The notes: generated by a model not told the origin, from the sequence alone. 64,000 nucleotides of DNA from Clostridia bacterium (GCA_024689865.1 JAILDA010000022.1:2244-66243); one strand, 5' to 3'; shown: positions 35,807 to 44,993, counted from the stretch's first letter. Numbers and translations are program-made.

Positions 35807-37141
35807 CTAGTCGTCCATGTCCTCGTAGGCTTCAAGGCCCTTCTTAGCCTCGGCCTTAGCGTCGCCGTGCTTTACGAAGCCCATGGTAACGAAGGACAGC
35901 GCCACGAAAACGGCTGCGTACGGGAAGAGCACTCTGTAGTCAATGCTCCTCATCAGCGTGCCGGCCACGGTAGGAGTGACCACCTGCGCTGCCATGGACG
36001 CGGTGTAGTAGTAGCCGGTGAACTTGCCTATGTCGCTTCCTTTGCACATCTCCACTACCATCGGCAGGGAGTTAACGTTTATCGCCGCCCATGCAAATCC
36101 TACCAGAACGAATACCACGTACATTATCGCGGTCACCTTGGTCATGGAAGTCGTAAGGAAGTAGCTGAGCGCAAAGCACGCCGCAAGCAGCACGCAGCCC
36201 AGGCGTATGGTCTTCTTGCGGCCCACCTTGGACGCTATGATGCCGATCGGGATGTAGGAAACTATTGCTCCGCCGGTGGCCACCGTAAGCACCAGTGATG
36301 CCTGTCCCAGGCTGAGGCCCATTACCTCCGATGCGTAGGTGGTGAACCAGGTGGTAACTCCGTTGTAGCCTATGAACCACAGAGCTATGGAAGCAAGCAG
36401 GAAGCCAAGGCTCTTCTTTACCGGAGCGGGAAGCGCTTCGTTTCCGGAGCCGTCGTCCTCCGCAAGGTTCCATTCGGGGTGCTGTTCCTCCAGGGCTTTG
36501 TTCTCCGCGGTGAGCTTAGGCTCGTTGGTCGTAAGCTTAAGCACCACCACAGCTACGAGCATTATTGCCGCGACTATTATGAACAGCGGCTGATAGTTTA
36601 CGTGGGCAAGCCCCTCGGTCTTGGACTTGGGGTACAATACGGAAGTTATCCCCAGGTAGATTATTCCGCCCAGGGCGCCCATCAGGTTGATTATGGCGTT
36701 GGCTTTGGAGCGCAGCGGCTTGGGCGTTACGTCCGGCATCAGAGCTACGGCCGGGGATCTGTAGGTGCCCATCGCTATGAGCAGAAGCCCAAGCAGTATT
36801 ACGAACACCACTACCTTTCCGCTCGCGGGCGCCGCAGCGTAGCTGTTGTCCAGGAGCGGCAGTATGTTCATAAGAACTATGGCGCAGGCGGTACCAAAGA
36901 TTATGTAGGGCATGCGCTTGCCTATCTTTGTGTTTGTGCGGTCGGACAGAGATCCGAAGAGAGGAAGCAGGAACAGAGCGAGAATGTTGTCCGCGCCCAT
37001 TATGACTCCGGAGATCGTCTCGTTCATGTGGAAGGTCTTTGTAAGGATCAGGGGCACTATGTTGTCGTACATCTGCCAGAATGCGCAGATGGACAGGAAT
37101 GCCAGTCCTACCAGTATGGTCCGTTTGTTGTTGAGCTTCAT
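35807..37141 (-). CDS. MFS transporter
   Basis: 444 aa with 12 predicted TM helices. GSLSDRTNTKIGKRMPY loop typical of MFS (GPH/SLC45-like). Confidence 0.85.
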   Translation of the reverse strand: MKLNNKRTILVGLAFLSICAFWQMYDNIVPLILTKTFHMNETISGVIMGADNILALFLLPLFGSLSDRTNTKIGKRMPYIIFGTACAIVLMNILPLLDNSYAAAPASGKVVVFVILLGLLLIAMGTYRSPAVALMPDVTPKPLRSKANAIINLMGALGGIIYLGITSVLYPKSKTEGLAHVNYQPLFIIVAAIMLVAVVVLKLTTNEPKLTAENKALEEQHPEWNLAEDDGSGNEALPAPVKKSLGFLLASIALWFIGYNGVTTWFTTYASEVMGLSLGQASLVLTVATGGAIVSYIPIGIIASKVGRKKTIRLGCVLLAACFALSYFLTTSMTKVTAIMYVVFVLVGFAWAAINVNSLPMVVEMCKGSDIGKFTGYYYTASMAAQVVTPTVAGTLMRSIDYRVLFPYAAVFVALSFVTMGFVKHGDAKAEAKKGLEAYEDMDD

Positions 37142-37188
37142 TGCCGACTCCTTTACGGTTCGTTAATTGATAATTTTACATCTTTTCT

Positions 37189-37199
37189 ATTATATCACA
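37189..37199 (-). promoter_or_regulatory. Extended -10 promoter TGTGATATAAT of the MFS gene
   Basis: On the minus strand, TGTGATATAAT lies about 45 nt upstream of the ATG, with an AAAGGAG SD in between. Confidence 0.45.
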
Positions 37200-37307
37200 A
37201 AAACAGCACGGAGGACGGTCCTATGCATCATTTGTATAAAATGGGGGATATTGAAACAGATAAGGCTTGTGCGGACCGGCAGTCCGCCAGCCGGAGGATC
37301 TGTGCGG

Positions 37308-38183
37308 TTACAGCTCTCCGGCCTTTAGCGCCTCCAGAACAGCGGTTATGTCCTTATAGATGTAAGTAGGGGCAACGCCGTTTTTTTGGCAGTCCTCTGC
37401 CTTGCCTTCGCCGGAGAGCACAAGGATGGTGTCGATGCCGGCGTTATTGCCGCATGCTATGTCCGTATAGAGGCGGTCGCCGATCAGGACGGTCTCTTCC
37501 GGGGCGGCTCCGTATTTCTTAAGCGCGGAATATACCATCTGCGGCTGAGGCTTGCCGATTATGACAGGTTCTCTGCCGGTGCAGACCTTAAGGCTGTGGA
37601 TGACCAGGCCCACGTCCGGCTCGTTGCCGTTGTCTGTGGGGCAGACCAGATCCGGGTGGGTGGACACGTAGTCCGCTCCCATGTCCAGAAGGCGCACGCA
37701 GTTTACCAGCTTTTCGTATGTAAGCTCCGTGTCGTAGCCCAGAAGGACTGCAGGAAGCGCAACTGAATTACAGTTGCTGGGTTCCCCGACTTTCCCGCGC
37801 GCATCGAAAAACGCCGATAGCTCTTCATTTGCAAGGACTTTCAGCCCCGCTGCGCGCAGCTGGCTCTTAAGGTTCTCCGTGCCGCAGACGTAGTATGCTG
37901 CGGGGGGATCGTTCTCCTTGCCCGGCGCGAAAGGTGCGTAGGTCTTCTTAAGGTAGTCTATTGTGGCGTCCGTGGATGTAAGGAATCTGTCCGGCGTCTG
38001 GGGGATCCCCAGGCGCTCCATCTTGGCCAGGTAGCCCTCTATCCCTCGCGAGCTGTTGTTGGTAAGGAAGGCATACTGCCCGCCGCTTGCGCGCACCCAC
38101 GTCAGAAACTCGGCGGTGCCTTCGAAAAGTTGATCGCCCAGGTACAAAGTGCCATCCATGTCCAGTAAAAACAGTATCTTCAT
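37308..38183 (-). CDS. HAD-IIA family hydrolase (NagD-like sugar phosphatase)
   Basis: DMDGTLY motif I, FLTNNSSR motif II and C-terminal GDRLYTDI. Confidence 0.88.
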   Translation of the reverse strand: MKILFLLDMDGTLYLGDQLFEGTAEFLTWVRASGGQYAFLTNNSSRGIEGYLAKMERLGIPQTPDRFLTSTDATIDYLKKTYAPFAPGKENDPPAAYYVCGTENLKSQLRAAGLKVLANEELSAFFDARGKVGEPSNCNSVALPAVLLGYDTELTYEKLVNCVRLLDMGADYVSTHPDLVCPTDNGNEPDVGLVIHSLKVCTGREPVIIGKPQPQMVYSALKKYGAAPEETVLIGDRLYTDIACGNNAGIDTILVLSGEGKAEDCQKNGVAPTYIYKDITAVLEALKAGEL

Positions 38184-38740
38184 CCCATGGCCTCATATTC
38201 GCTGCGCAGGATGCTGTAGACGCTAAGGTCCATTAAGCCGGTGTTGTCCGTTGCCGCCTGGCGCAGAGTGCCCTCGTAGGTTAGTCCGCACTTTTTCATT
38301 ACGCCGCCGGAGTTGGAGTTGAACACGTTGTGGCGTGCCTCCAGACGGTTTACGCCTACTTCGTCGAACATGAAGCGTATTACCGCCTCGAAAGCTTCGC
38401 TGGTTATGCCCTGATGCCACCATTTGCGGCCTATGCAGTAGCCGATGCTTACGATGTCGCGCTCCTCTACTACGGCAACAACGGAGATGGAACCGATAGG
38501 CTCTCCGAGCTCCTTGGGTACTATCGCCCAGGTGTAGTTGGACGGGTCTTTGTATTCCTCGACCCACTGCTGGAGCTTCTTGCGCGTGCCCTCTGCGTTT
38601 TCGTAGGGCGGCCAGGTCATGAACCTGGTTACCTCCGGGTCGTTTGCCCAGTTTCTGTACATGGCCTCAGAGTCGTTTAGAGTGAACTGCCTGAGGATGA
38701 GACGCTCGGTCTCCAAAGTTTTAGTGCCTTTGTGGTTCAT
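38180..38740 (-). CDS. GNAT family N-acetyltransferase (RimJ/RimL-like)
   Basis: TERLILRQFTLND...WHQGITSEAF pattern. ATGA overlap with the HAD gene. Confidence 0.85.
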   Translation of the reverse strand: MNHKGTKTLETERLILRQFTLNDSEAMYRNWANDPEVTRFMTWPPYENAEGTRKKLQQWVEEYKDPSNYTWAIVPKELGEPIGSISVVAVVEERDIVSIGYCIGRKWWHQGITSEAFEAVIRFMFDEVGVNRLEARHNVFNSNSGGVMKKCGLTYEGTLRQAATDNTGLMDLSVYSILRSEYEAMG

Positions 38741-38854
38741 GATGGTGTACTTCTGTTAAATAAAATTAACGAATGTAATTTATCTTATGTTAATTTGCTG
38801 TGTTTAATGGGTCTGCTCCTAAGATCAGGGATCTTTAGAGACCGTTCTAGGATG

Positions 38855-39931
38855 TCAAAAGCCCGGCTTTGTCTCCGCAAACGCCGCCATCAGCCTAGCC
38901 GCTGCTTCTATGTCCGCGGTGCAGCAGACTTCCTGCGGCGAGTGGACGTAGCGTACCGGGATGGATACGCCGCCGGTCCAAACTCCGCCGGCGGTCTTGC
39001 GCATTTCTGTACCGTCGGTGCCGCCTTCCTGCAGAACATCCGTCTGCCAGGCGATCTTCTTTTCATCCGCAATGGCTTTGAGCGCGGCCACCATCTCCGG
39101 GTGGCAGATGACGGACTTGTCCATCACCTTTATCGCTGCGCCTTTGCCGGGGATGGTCGTACCCTGGTGCCTGGACTTGGGTTGATCGTCCGTGCGGGTA
39201 GCGTCGCAGACTACGGCATACTGCGGGTCCACGCCGAACGCCGCGGGCTTTGCGCCTCTGCGGCCTACTTCTTCCTGCGTCGTAAACACGAAACAGCAGT
39301 CGTAAGCGGGCTTTTTAACAGCCGCGAGCGCCAAAAGCTGCGCAGCTGCGCCGGCTCTGTTGTCCAGATACGGCGAAACTATTAGATCGCCCGCAAGAGC
39401 CCTTGCCGGTGTGTCGAACACGGCCATGTCTCCCTTTTGGACCAGCTTTTCGGCCTCTTTGCGTGATGACGCGCCTATGTCTATGAACAGATCGTCGATC
39501 CCGGGCTTATCCGCGCCGGTGTCGCTGTAAACGGTGCCAACGGTGCCGTTCGCAAAGCGGACGGGAATGGCTTTAAGGTCCGTAGGCTCCACCAGTCCTA
39601 CCACTCCGAAGCGCAGCAGACCGTTCTCTTCTATGTATGTTACGATAAGCCCTAGGGAATCCATGTGGGCCGCGAACATCAGCCTGGGAGTGCCGGCCTT
39701 TGCGGCAGCGGGCATCTCTGCGCCGGCCTTTGCCTCATTAAAGTTATCGGCCTTTGCGGCGCCGCGCTTGCCTGCCGCCTTTTTAACGACGATCAGGTTT
39801 CCCATTACGTCCGTGTACATCTCGTCCGCAAAGGGCTTTGCAAGCTCCGCGATCTTGTTTCTTATTTCTTCCTCGCAGCCCGACGGCCCGAAGCAGGCGT
39901 TAAGTTCCTTAATTGTATCAAGTATCTGCAT
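38855..39931 (-). CDS. M42 family metallopeptidase (paralog 3 of a tandem trio)
   Basis: N-terminal GPSGCEEEIRN, AHMDSLG, FTTQEEVGRRGA and the C-terminal VHSPQE motif. Confidence 0.88.
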   Translation of the reverse strand: MQILDTIKELNACFGPSGCEEEIRNKIAELAKPFADEMYTDVMGNLIVVKKAAGKRGAAKADNFNEAKAGAEMPAAAKAGTPRLMFAAHMDSLGLIVTYIEENGLLRFGVVGLVEPTDLKAIPVRFANGTVGTVYSDTGADKPGIDDLFIDIGASSRKEAEKLVQKGDMAVFDTPARALAGDLIVSPYLDNRAGAAAQLLALAAVKKPAYDCCFVFTTQEEVGRRGAKPAAFGVDPQYAVVCDATRTDDQPKSRHQGTTIPGKGAAIKVMDKSVICHPEMVAALKAIADEKKIAWQTDVLQEGGTDGTEMRKTAGGVWTGGVSIPVRYVHSPQEVCCTADIEAAARLMAAFAETKPGF

Positions 39932-39933
39932 GT

Positions 39934-41034
39934 TTAGATCCTTCCGGACGCCACGGCGTCTATGAACAGTTCCGCAAGTTTAAGTCCTTGCTTAAGATCC
40001 GAGATCTTTGCTACGCTGTTGGGGCAGTGGATGCTGCGCACAGGGGCGGAGATGCTTGCAACTCTAACGCCCGAGCGGCTTCGCTGTACGGCTGCCGCGT
40101 CCGTGCCTCCGGCTATCCTGCCCTTTATCTGCCATGGCAACTTATTTTCAGTTGCAAGATCACGCAGGCCTTCGAACAGCTTCCGGTCGTATATGGAGCC
40201 GGCGTCCATGAAGCCCAGCACCGGACCGTCGCCCAGGCGGGTCACTTTCTTGTGGCCGTCAACTCCGGCAAGGTCCGCGGAGGTGGTTCCCTCCAGGATC
40301 AGGGCTATGTCCGGAGCCACGCTGTAGGCAGCCGCGGTGGCGCCTCTGGTCCCTACCTCTTCCTGGACGGTAAACACGAAGGTAACGTCCATCGGAAGGT
40401 CCTTTTCTATAAGTTTAAGCATTACGGCGCAGCCGTAGCGGTCGTCTATGGCCTTGGCCTTAATGAAACCGTCGCCTTTGCCGAAACGCACGAAATCGCT
40501 GTGGAAAGCGATGCTGTCTCCTATGCTCACCAGCGACTCGGCCTCAGCCTTGTCCTTTGCGCCTATGTCTATGTACATGGAGGGCCACTTGGGGATCTCC
40601 GTCCTGAGCTCCGCAGGCGTCTGGTGAACAGCTTTAAGTCCGGTAACGCCGTTCAGTTTCTTTTCACCCACGAAGACGCGTCTGTTGAACACCACGCGCG
40701 GGTCTATGCCTCCTACCGGGGCAAATCCAAGATAACCCTTTTCCGTAACGCGCGTCACCATGAAGCCGACTTCGTCCATGTGGGCGGCTATCATAAGCTT
40801 CGGCAATTTATTGCTGCGGGAAGGCGCGGCGGACTGCTTAGGATCAGCGTTGCCGTCTGCGCCGCAGGCCGTGCACCTCTCCGATGCGTGCTTTACAACT
40901 ATAAGGTTGCCCATGCGGTCCGTTCGCACGTCATCCGTGTGTTTAAGCGCGCGGGCCTTTATGTATTCGCGGACTTCGTCCTCGTTTCCGGAGATGCCGT
41001 TAAGAAGGCAGAGGGTTTTAAGCGTTCTCAGCAT
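39934..41034 (-). CDS. M42 family metallopeptidase (paralog 2)
   Basis: GISGNEDEVREY, AHMDEVGF, FTVQEEVGTRGA and IHCPNS. Start set at 41034 (AAGGAGG SD). Confidence 0.88.
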   Translation of the reverse strand: MLRTLKTLCLLNGISGNEDEVREYIKARALKHTDDVRTDRMGNLIVVKHASERCTACGADGNADPKQSAAPSRSNKLPKLMIAAHMDEVGFMVTRVTEKGYLGFAPVGGIDPRVVFNRRVFVGEKKLNGVTGLKAVHQTPAELRTEIPKWPSMYIDIGAKDKAEAESLVSIGDSIAFHSDFVRFGKGDGFIKAKAIDDRYGCAVMLKLIEKDLPMDVTFVFTVQEEVGTRGATAAAYSVAPDIALILEGTTSADLAGVDGHKKVTRLGDGPVLGFMDAGSIYDRKLFEGLRDLATENKLPWQIKGRIAGGTDAAAVQRSRSGVRVASISAPVRSIHCPNSVAKISDLKQGLKLAELFIDAVASGRI

Positions 41035-42065
41035 TCCAGGGCCTCCTTTCCGGGGTCTTCGGCGTAAGCAGCAAGAAGCCTTGCGGTAAGCTCCACATCC
41101 GCAAAGTCCAGGCACTCCGTGGGGGAATGCATGTAGCGCAGCGGGAACTCCACGATGGCAGACGCCACGCCGCCCTTAACTATGTGCATGAACCACGCGT
41201 CCGTTCCGGATCTGCCGGGTGTCGCAACGCGCTGAACGGGTATCTGTTGCTTTTCCGCAAGAGCGGTAAGGCGCTTCTCCACGTGTCTGGTAAAGTTCGG
41301 CCCGACTTTAAGCAGCGGTCCTTTTCCAAGGTCCGCGAAAACTTCCGGCGTGGAATCCGGCACCGCTGCCTGACCTACATCTATTGCGATGCAGACGTCC
41401 GCGTCCGTTTCGTACGCCGCCGCGGGAGCGCCGCCCTCGGAACGTTCTTCGCCGGAACTTCCAATAAAATATACGTCCCAGGGGAGTTGTTTGTCCTTTA
41501 TTAGCTCCGCAACGCGGATAAGCGCGGCAAAACTTGCTCGGTCGTCCAGGGTCTTGCTTACGTAGCGGTCGTTAAGAAGGTCGAAGCCTTCCGTGCGGAA
41601 CACCACAGGCGTTCCTATGGGTATCTCGCGGACAGCCTCTTTCTGGCTGAGACCTACGTCCACACGCAGGTCCTCCTGTTTAAGCGCTTTGGACATGTCC
41701 TCTGCTTTAAGCACATGAGGCGGCTGCACGGATACTACGCCCAGCCTGGGCGGGTCCGTAAGCACCATAAGGTCCCTGTCCGGCAGAACGCGCGGGTCCA
41801 GCCCGCCTATCTGCCCTATGCACAGGAAACCGTCCTCGTGACCTGTAACCACAAGTCCTACTTCGTCCAGATGAGCCGCAAGCAGCAGCTTGTGAGCGCC
41901 GGGAATGCCGCAGCGCTTTATAGCCACAACGTTTGCCAGCGTGTCGATGCTCACCTCGTCCGCGTAAGGCGCTATGGCCTCTGCTGCAAGACGTGCGACC
42001 GGACGCTCAAATCCTGTGGGCCCGAAGGCTTCGCATAATTGTTTTATGTATTTTTTTATTTCCAT
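41028..42065 (-). CDS. M42 family metallopeptidase (paralog 1)
   Basis: GPTGFERPVA, AHLDEVGL, GSSGEERSEGGA and MHSPTE. Confidence 0.85.
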   Translation of the reverse strand: MEIKKYIKQLCEAFGPTGFERPVARLAAEAIAPYADEVSIDTLANVVAIKRCGIPGAHKLLLAAHLDEVGLVVTGHEDGFLCIGQIGGLDPRVLPDRDLMVLTDPPRLGVVSVQPPHVLKAEDMSKALKQEDLRVDVGLSQKEAVREIPIGTPVVFRTEGFDLLNDRYVSKTLDDRASFAALIRVAELIKDKQLPWDVYFIGSSGEERSEGGAPAAAYETDADVCIAIDVGQAAVPDSTPEVFADLGKGPLLKVGPNFTRHVEKRLTALAEKQQIPVQRVATPGRSGTDAWFMHIVKGGVASAIVEFPLRYMHSPTECLDFADVELTARLLAAYAEDPGKEALEC

Positions 42066-42976
42066 AGATCCTCGGGGTAGAGGCCTTCGTCGGTCATCTT
42101 TCTCATGGCCGCGACTACTACCGGACGGTCTTCCTTGTAGGTAACGCCGTACCAGCGGTCCGGAGCGTCCAGCACCTTGACCTTTGCTTTGCCCTCGGCT
42201 ACAAGGTCGCTGGTAACGATGGGGATGAAGAACTCGCCCTTAAGCGGGTTATTCTTGAGGATCTTTTCCAGCTCCACGGGGAACCTTTCCTTAAGTTCCT
42301 TCATGATGCTGGGGGTAAATCCGAAGAAGTTCATGGAAACGGGTGTTCCGGGCGCTACTTCTGTCCAGGTCTTGCCGTCGTCTTCGGTAAAGACGATCTT
42401 TCCGTCCTGCCACTGGATCTTAGTGCGCTCGTCCAGGTGCTCCAGATATCCGTCCTTGGTAACGCAGACGCCGCGCGCTACGCTGCCGTGCTCTGTAAGG
42501 GTGTTCTCTATGTAGTAGCCTGCCATGCAGTAGTCGTAGAATTCTCCGTCCTCTGCGTTTTCCAGGTAGTTGTACATGTTTCTGAACACCTCGCGTCCGT
42601 AGTAGTCGTCCGCGTTTATAACGCCGAAAGGAGCGTCTATAAGATCTCTGGCTGCCAGGATGGCGTGGCCGGTGCCCCAGGGCTTTTCGCGGCCTTCGGG
42701 GATCTCGAATCCTTCCGGAATGTCTGCTATCTCCTGGTAGGCGTACTTGATGTTAAGGTGCTTTGCGGCGCCGCGCTCCATGATGGCCTTAAAATCGTCC
42801 TCTATGGAGTGTTTTATAATGCATATAACGTCTTCGAACCCGGCAGCTTTAGCGTCGTAGAGCGAGTAATCAATGATTATCTCACCGGCGGGGCCTATGG
42901 GGTCGATCTGCTTAAGTCCGCCGTAACGGCTTCCCATGCCGGCGGCCATTATAACGAGTATGGGTTTTTTCTTCAT
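42056..42976 (-). CDS. Sugar-phosphate nucleotidyltransferase family protein
   Basis: N-terminal MAAGMGSRYGGLKQ (GxGxR-type NTP transferase motif). Confidence 0.75.
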   Translation of the reverse strand: MKKKPILVIMAAGMGSRYGGLKQIDPIGPAGEIIIDYSLYDAKAAGFEDVICIIKHSIEDDFKAIMERGAAKHLNIKYAYQEIADIPEGFEIPEGREKPWGTGHAILAARDLIDAPFGVINADDYYGREVFRNMYNYLENAEDGEFYDYCMAGYYIENTLTEHGSVARGVCVTKDGYLEHLDERTKIQWQDGKIVFTEDDGKTWTEVAPGTPVSMNFFGFTPSIMKELKERFPVELEKILKNNPLKGEFFIPIVTSDLVAEGKAKVKVLDAPDRWYGVTYKEDRPVVVAAMRKMTDEGLYPEDLWK

Positions 42977-43054
42977 GATGATCCTCCATTGGTTTATATT
43001 TACAACACTTTATGATATACTAATCGCAATGTTTTTACAAGAAAGGCGGACACA

Positions 43055-43753
43055 ATGGAAGAAAATCTGCAGACAAAACCCGCAGCCAAAAGATTCAGCA
43101 GCGTAAGGATCATAAAAATAGCGCTTTCCGTAGCCGTTTTCGCGCTCATAACCTGGCTTATGATGACGGGAAGAATGGAAGGTTTCGACGCGGCGGTCCA
43201 GAAGTTCTTCTTCGGCCTGCGCCGCGACTGGCTTACAAAGATACTGGTGCCGTTCTCCTACAGCGGCAACTGGCCTGTGCCCACGGTCATCTGTGCCATT
43301 CTGCTGCTTTTCCGCAAGACGCGTTTTACCTTCGGAATACCGATGTCCTGCACCTGCCTGTTCTGCGTAGGCATCTACCAGGGGCTTAAATACACCTTCT
43401 GCAGACCCAGACCGGACGTTTCCGTGCATCTTCTGGTGCAGGACGGCTGGAGCTTCCCCAGCGGCCACAGCCTTACAAGTCTTGTGGCGTGGACCATGCT
43501 CATCTTGCTGTTCGCTTACTATTACAAGACCAAGGGCGCTTCGCTTCCGATCTACAAGAAGCATCCCCAGCCCGCCGAGGCCTATATCCGCAGCAACGGC
43601 AAGCGCAAGCTGGTAAATACCCTGCTTATACTCTACATAGTGTTCATGGGGCTTTCCCGCATCTATGTAGGCGTTCACTGGCCGAGCGACGTTCTCAGCT
43701 CCTGGGTGCTTGGCATCGCCGTGATAGAGATAGTACAGGCGGTGTTCCTGTGA
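43055..43753 (+). CDS. PAP2 superfamily phosphatase (membrane)
   Basis: KxxxxxxRP (KYTFCRPRP), PSGHS and SRIYVGVHWPSD motifs. Confidence 0.88.
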   Translation: MEENLQTKPAAKRFSSVRIIKIALSVAVFALITWLMMTGRMEGFDAAVQKFFFGLRRDWLTKILVPFSYSGNWPVPTVICAILLLFRKTRFTFGIPMSCTCLFCVGIYQGLKYTFCRPRPDVSVHLLVQDGWSFPSGHSLTSLVAWTMLILLFAYYYKTKGASLPIYKKHPQPAEAYIRSNGKRKLVNTLLILYIVFMGLSRIYVGVHWPSDVLSSWVLGIAVIEIVQAVFL

Positions 43754-44022
43754 TGGACCTTAAAAACCACAGAGACCGCATAGACGCGATAGACGATCAG
43801 CTAACGGCGCTCTTTAAGGAGCGCATGGAGATCGTCTCCAAGGTTGCTGAATATAAAAATGAGCACGGTCTTCCGGTAACGGACTCCGCGCGCGAAAAGC
43901 AGATCCTTGAGGACCGCACCGCAGACGCTGGTGAGCTTAAGCCCTACGTCCGCCGCTTCTTTAAGCACATCATGAAGCTTTCCAAGGAGTATCAGAAGGA
44001 ACGCATAACAGACGAAGAATAA
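43753..44022 (+). CDS. AroQ-class chorismate mutase (stand-alone, 89 aa)
   Basis: RIDAIDDQLTALFKERMEIVSKVAEYKNEHGLPVTDSAREKQIL. Its ATG overlaps the PAP2 TGA (TGATG). The upstream part of the track ORF is out-of-frame overlap with PAP2. Confidence 0.85.
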   Translation: MDLKNHRDRIDAIDDQLTALFKERMEIVSKVAEYKNEHGLPVTDSAREKQILEDRTADAGELKPYVRRFFKHIMKLSKEYQKERITDEE

Positions 44023-44100
44023 GCAGGTACAATACCAGCCACAGCAGTTAAGACCGACAGTCAGTAAACAAATGGCATCTGTCTATGATACATATTTATA

Positions 44101-44132
44101 AGCCCTGCATCGAATGCAGGGCTTTTTGTTTG
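44101..44132 (+). terminator. Rho-independent terminator
   Basis: 10-bp stem AGCCCTGCAT/ATGCAGGGCT with a 3-nt loop, followed by TTTTTGTTTG. Confidence 0.85.
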
Positions 44133-44297
44133 CTTAAAACGGCACACACTTTAGTTTAAAACGGTACAGTGACGCTCCGGATCTGTTGACGGTCTGCGCA
44201 GGTTATGCCATTATCTGCTTGCAGGTCGGCTCGGTCAGTATTATTGCAGGCATCCCCCAAATCTGTATCGAAAGCGTTTTTAGAGCCGAAACTGAAA

Positions 44298-44343
44298 GAC
44301 CGCACTTCCGCCGGTCAAAGGCACCGACAGCGGAAATGCGGTC
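44298..44343. terminator. Long hairpin (14-bp stem, one mismatch), probably the terminator of the minus-strand lipoprotein gene or the 3' end of a plus-strand short transcript
   Basis: GACCGCACTTCCGC (44298-44311) pairs with GCGGAAATGCGGTC (44330-44343). T-rich on both sides when read on either strand. Confidence 0.5.
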
Positions 44344-44389
44344 TTAATTTGCTTTGTTGCTTAGGCCTAAAGTGCCCCAGTCCGCAGTA

Positions 44390-44902
44390 CTATTTCTCTA
44401 CCAGAGCTATGTACTGGATGGATGTTACCACGCCGTTCTCGAATATTATCAGCAGCTTGCAGTTCTCGCTGGTGTAGGTGGCGCTGGTGGCGTCCTTCTC
44501 GAAGTTTCCGTAGGCCTTCTTAACGTCCTCGGCCTTGGACCCTATGGCAATGCCTTCCGGGGTCTCCACGGTGTCGTCCCTCAGAACTACGCCGCTAACC
44601 AGATCCTTGTCCTTCTGGGCGTAGGTCATAAGATCGAATCCGCCGTAGGAATAGATCTTGTCCATGCCGTCGAACGCGCAGCTGGGGGCCTCGTAGCTGT
44701 TCTTATAGGCGCCCAGGGCCTTAAGCAGAGGAGCAGCTTCTGCCTTCATGGAGATGGTGGTGCTGCCGCTCTTAAATACGTAATCCTTAGTGTTGCTGCC
44801 GCTGTTGTTTGGGGTCACGCTGTTGCTTCCGCTTCCGCAGGAGCAGAGCGCAATGGTCAGCACCATCACAAGGGCAACTGCCGCAATAAACTTTCTTCTC
44901 AT
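44390..44902 (-). CDS. Hypothetical lipoprotein (last gene of the Dlt-like operon)
   Basis: Lipobox LCSC after a hydrophobic core. Start set at 44902 (GGAGGAAAAGG SD). Confidence 0.65.
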   Translation of the reverse strand: MRRKFIAAVALVMVLTIALCSCGSGSNSVTPNNSGSNTKDYVFKSGSTTISMKAEAAPLLKALGAYKNSYEAPSCAFDGMDKIYSYGGFDLMTYAQKDKDLVSGVVLRDDTVETPEGIAIGSKAEDVKKAYGNFEKDATSATYTSENCKLLIIFENGVVTSIQYIALVEK

Positions 44903-44993
44903 ATCCTTTTCCTCCTTCGATCGGCCCGGGGACCGATTATCTTGCACCCCTTTGAGCCGGCGGTCAGCCGCCCGCGGGGATGATCATTAACTG

